Assembly (NCBI GenBank): GCA_900617105.1 | Contig: UYFQ01000401.1 | Location: 1-41,587 of the forward strand | Length of the DNA: 41,587 nucleotides | From: Hydrurus foetidus | Taxonomy: Eukaryota | Reading direction: 5' to 3' | Shown: piece by piece, positions 36,994 to 41,587 of the stretch | Layout of the letters: each line of letters begins with the position of its first letter | How positions within the stretch are numbered: position 1 is the stretch's first letter | Translations under genes and position numbers: made by a program | Notes under the pieces: generated by a model | Database searches by the model: none | Told to the model about the DNA's origin: nothing | The model's input: only the letters and a program-made list of their open reading frames with translations

Positions 36994-39360
36994 CTCGTTT
37001 TTATCCTTTCTAGGAACGTAAGATTTTTGTGGTCTGTTAGGATTGTGAATTCGATCTAGCAGTGCGTCGAGATATCATAGCCATCTATTAGTATAAGTCA
37101 TTTCTTCTTTCATTATCATTATATATTTTCTTGGCTAGTAGTTTGATTATTTGATTGCTATGTAGTTAGATTGTGATCTACGATTTCTCGTCAGCATCGT
37201 CGAGATAGTACAGCAATAATATAGCGCGAAGGCTTCTTTTGTATTACTGACCATTTCAGTTGAGTCTTGGTAAGAGACTTGCTGACAAGAGCGACGAGTT
37301 GTTTTTCTCCGTCGACTTCTTGATACAAATAGCCGCCTATACCGTAATCCGACGCATCGGTCATTAGGGTTATGGGCGCTGTATCGTGTATAAAATATAA
37401 TAAAGGACTCTTGCAATTAGATCTTTTATCTTTTGAAAAGAATTTGCGGCGTCATCTGTCCAGATTAGCATTGATTGCTTTTTCGCGGCGTGATCTATCA
37501 TTTTATGCAGTGGTGCCACCACGTTGGAGTGATTTGGTACATGATCCCGAAAATAATTGGTGAGTCCGAGAAACGATCTTAGTTCGGTCGTCTTTCTTGG
37601 CATAGGAAAGTCGGTCACACCTCTTATCTTTTTGGAACTCATAGTTATACCTTCTTTAGATATTTGTTTACCAACATATTCAACTATTGCACATTTAGCT
37701 TAAGCTTTGCGGCTTTTAGTGAAATGTTCTTTTCTTCGAGACGTTGAAATAGAATTTCTAATCGTTCGCAGAATTGTTCAAATCCATTACCATAAACGAT
37801 GATATCGTCGAGGTATACTTCACAGATTTGGTATATTAGTCCTAAAAGGACTATTGAGGCCATCATTTCTTGGAAATATGAGGGGGCTCTTTTGGTCCGA
37901 AAGGTAGTCGGGTAAAGTGGTAAATGCCCATAAATGTTATGAAAGCGGTATACACACGTGTACTTAGAGTTAACGGTGCTTGGTGATATCCTGCAGTGAG
38001 GTCTATTACACCGAATGTGTCTGCTTTTTGTGAACCTAATCTTGCTAACATTTGTTTAATATTAGGGATTGGCCAGCTTGCTGATTCCGTTGCGTCGTTG
38101 AGGTGACGATAGTCAATACAGAATCGGTATGAACCGTCTGGCTTTGCCGCAAGTGTTACTTGCGAATAGTATGATGCCTCTGATTTGACTATTATACCCT
38201 GTTCAAGCATACTGTCAACTTGTTTGCGGATTTCGACCTGTTTTCGTATAGACGTTGGTCTGGGTGCCACGCGGTTTTTGAAAACTTTCCACTCTGGATC
38301 CCGTACGGGTAGTCCAAAGGGGGGAATTCGCGCGGGCTCTGGTCCGAGTTTGTTGTTGAATAGCTTTATGTGTTTAACACAAATTGCTTTAATTTTTGCT
38401 TGTTGTTCAGGGGTACCATCGATTTGTATTAAATCGATGAGGTACATTTTGTCCTCTGTTGGATTGTCTTGGAAAGGAGCGAAGGTATCCTTCGACTTGT
38501 AGTCAATCTCTTCGGGTCCGAAGGGTTGAACCTCTGGGAGTTCTTCACGCTCCCGGAGTAGAGCAGCAACTAAACCACGTGTTTGGGCTGGTGCCTTGGA
38601 TGAGGGAGTAGGAGTAGCTAATTCCGGACTCCTGTCGGTTGTTACACCTAAATCATTTTGTCGGGGAGGTGACAACAAAACTGCTGCCTCGACCGTAGAG
38701 TGCAAAATGAACTCATCAGAATCTAGCCTAGCCGCTGCCGCAGCTAAGCTAGTGGGACACCCACATGAAGTAGTGCATGTCTTGCTTGTACAAGCACCTC
38801 GAGCCACCAGGTCGTCTTGCCATCGACTGTCTGCGTCTGAGGGTTTTGTCCCCTCCAGGCTAGTTATAACCGGAGGTAAGGTTGGATCTGTAATGCTCGT
38901 GACTGTGTCCGACTCTGCTTCTAGCAGGAGTGGAACGTCCACTTGGTTTATCACCATGTTTGTGGACTGGTCGAGTCTTTGCATTTTTGACATGTGTGTC
39001 ATTGTTTTGTCTGTTACTATATTTTCCGGATTTTGGAAGAATTCCGGAATAAGTTTGACTAAATTTAATGTTTTAATAGTCTGTAATCCTAAGATTAAGT
39101 CGACTTTTGAATCTTCTGCAATTCGCACCGGAAGAGAAAAAGTGTGTTGAAAAGAGTTCTTTTAAATGATACAATAATATCAAGCACACGTGTTGATTCA
39201 ATACATTGGTTGTTTAAACCCGAGCACATCCATAAGGGAGTGTCTGTTGGGCGCAGGTGGGGTTCGCCCCGTAGGTCCCGGAGGACTCTACGGTTGATTA
39301 CGTCCCCGACCTGGCATCCGGTGTCGATTTGGGCGAGCGCGTCGATTCCCTCACTTTGGA
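36994..39360 (-). pseudogene. Gypsy protease-RT-RNase H, frameshifted
   Basis: Motifs are split over ORFs 39095-40081, 37863-39128, 37684-37866 and 37370-37642; RNase H region has many indels. Confidence 0.9.
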
Positions 39361-41587
39361 GCGTACTTTGAGGACGACGAGGATGAGGAGGAGCTGGTAT
39401 TGGAGTCTCGGTCGCGGTTGGAGAAATCTCTGTCGCGGTTGGAGACGTCTTTCTCTTTTTCCGTGTTGCGCGAGTCGTCTTTGCGGCTAGAGTCGCGGTC
39501 GCGACTGTCGGAGTGACTGTCGTTGCGATGGTTGGGCCGGAAGTTTGCGATCGGGTCTGTGGAAGAGATATGTGTACTTGTAAGTAATCCTCTATATTTT
39601 CAGGCAGTACTGCGGAAAGTAACATTTGCATGGTGGGTGTACTGCGACTTTCGTCGAGTTTTTGTACATGCGTAGCTGTAAGGTGTAACTTACTTTTGCC
39701 TTTGTAGTTTGAGCTTGCGTGGGAACCACTTGGCTTGTTGCCACGCTCGCTGTTGCGATCGTCTGACTGACGATCGTTGTTGCGGTTGTTGGACTTATTG
39801 TTGTTGTTCTTGTTATTGTTGTTGTTTGGGCGGCGTGGGTCTTGGGTCTTAGGTGGTCCCATGTCCATCTCAACCTCGTCGACTGGGTAGACGTACGTCG
39901 ACGCACCTGGGTAGTTGGTGAGGTGGGTTTTCTCGTTGTTGACGTAGATGTCGGGTTTAAAGTGGGAATGCCCGATGCGTTTGAAATCCTGCCCAATGGA
40001 AGAAGCGTTCCATGTGGCGTGGGAGTTGTTGCAGTGCGGGTTCATAAAGAGCGGACAATTGTACCGATTATGAGTTGTCATTCCGCACGTGTGACATACG
40101 TCTGTTGTTCGGCTAATGCCTTCGTTGTCGGGACGACGTTTGGGAATGGTCTTGTATGATGCGGATGGGCCAGTGGACGCGGATGTGGACAGTTGGGTGT
40201 CGGGATCTTCTTCAGGGGTAAGCTTGGTGGTGAAGGTATAGCTTAGTCCCCCATCTTGTCAGCGTCCGTAACTGTCTCGCGTGACGCTTGGAGACAGATG
40301 ACAAGACGGGCGAGCATTTCCCTGATGTTGTCCTTTTTCCTTTCTTTGGCTGCCACTTTGGTCAAGTCCATGAAATTTTCAGTGAACTTGTTGCCTGGTG
40401 GGAGCTTTTTGTAGAATATCTTGCAGATATCGTCCTGGCGATCACTATCGATGTTGTCATACTTGTTGTAGAACCCCAGGATAATGTCGCGGAACGCGGC
40501 GATGGAAGTGTGTTCCAGTGCACCGTTCAGCCAACTGAATTTGAACTGAAATCTCCTCAGTTTGAGGTCGAAGTCGTATGTGGATTGCGTACGTCTGTTA
40601 ATGAAGTAGATTGTTTTAAGATCTTCTGCCATTTCTTTCAGAGTGAGCTCACCATCCGGTAATTCCGGCCACGCCATACGCGGGGGTGTACCCGACGAGC
40701 TTCGTGTTTTGCAAGAGTCCATCACGAATGGTGTCGAGTGCCTCATCCTCTATCAGCGACTGCCAACCCGCGCTGAAACCAGGTCGGTGTGCCTGTTGGT
40801 AGAACAGGCGGGCGGACCCGTCCATGTCCTTCAACAGTACGTCCCTACCCATGTAGAACGCCTCCTTCATGTTAAAAAGGGAGGTCGTCATGTTTTGGTG
40901 ACGCGGGATTTGGTTGCGTTGGGGTTGTTCGATGCCCGCATCTTCTGTTTTGCGTTTGCGTATAGGGTTCTCCACGGCCTTCGGTTTCGAAGCCGGGACC
41001 TTTTTCGCTGGTGCTTTAGCAGTGCGTTTGGCAGGTTTGGCTGTGCTGTTTGAGGGTGGTTGCTCTGGTGTGGGTTTGACTACTCGGGGGAGCGTCTTTT
41101 GGCAGGTGGTTTGGCCTCTGCGGGCTTGTTGGTGTCGAGTTTGGCTGTGAACGGATCTTCGGAGTCGGACGGGACTTGACTACCTTCATCCGATGAGAGT
41201 TCGATGTAGTTTTCATCGTCCTCGTCCTCGTCTTCCTCACCGGTTTCATCCTCCCCGTCCTCCTTGTCTGATTCAGGGTGGGAGTCCGATGTCACTTTGC
41301 CGTCGGCTGTTTGATCGTCCTTATTGCCGTCTCCCTCCTCGTCATTCTGTTGGGTCGGATTGCCACCTTGGTTTTCCTCCTTGTCGATGTTGTCGAGGTT
41401 GTCCGGTGATAAGGTGGCGGGTTCACTCGTGAAACGACCTCGCCCATGATCGACATGAATTCGGAAAGACTTTGATCATCGTCTGCTTTTCCTTTTCTTC
41501 TGTCTCGCCCTCCAATATGGAGAGACGTTTGCGCTCTGCCATGCGCGTGTTATGCCTCTCGGCTTGTTTTGCCTTGTGGGCTTTTTT
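39361..41587 (-). pseudogene. Gypsy gag region, frameshifted
   Basis: Successive minus-strand ORF pieces with an acidic N-terminal region, ending in a CX2CX4HX4C knuckle near 40055-40100 that is in frame with the protease. Confidence 0.75.

Larger units (their letters stand above)
35109..41587 (-). mobile_element. Ty3/gypsy LTR retrotransposon with chromodomain; 5' end beyond window
   Basis: Order gag (CHTCGMTTHNRYNC zinc knuckle), protease (IDTG), RT (YRFCIDYR, DLTAGYHQ, YLDD), RNase H, integrase, chromodomain, PPT, LTR. Confidence 0.95.

Noticed and set aside
39095..39160. Programmed gag-pol frameshift
   Set aside because: The shift lies inside the protease domain and is one of several, so mutation or sequencing error is more likely

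Overview
Eukaryotic, intron-containing DNA, stramenopile/chrysophyte-like by inference from gene style. It holds two host genes (the 3' part of ATG7 and a GONST/GDP-fucose-type nucleotide-sugar transporter) in a dense transposon landscape. The main feature is three related DNA transposons: E1 9865-15019, E2 18384-27581 and E3 27591-33356. Each has TATGGCGT(G/T)CCAAA terminal inverted repeats, a 5-bp target-site duplication and two convergent spliced genes. One gene is an IS3/integrase-type DDE transposase (IS3EU-like); the other encodes a Cys/His-rich protein I do not recognise. E1 and E2 look intact and each carries a large internal tandem array (about 4 x 208 bp; about 10 x 452 bp); E3 is decayed. 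Also present: a Ty1/copia remnant, several MITEs (hAT, Tc1/pogo and Harbinger types, some nested or chained), a decayed PTSQP-repeat membrane-protein gene, an intronless XPG/EXO1-family nuclease pseudogene behind a Harbinger-like terminus, and a chromodomain Ty3/gypsy element inserted into that nuclease. All gene models were read by eye; no database search was run.
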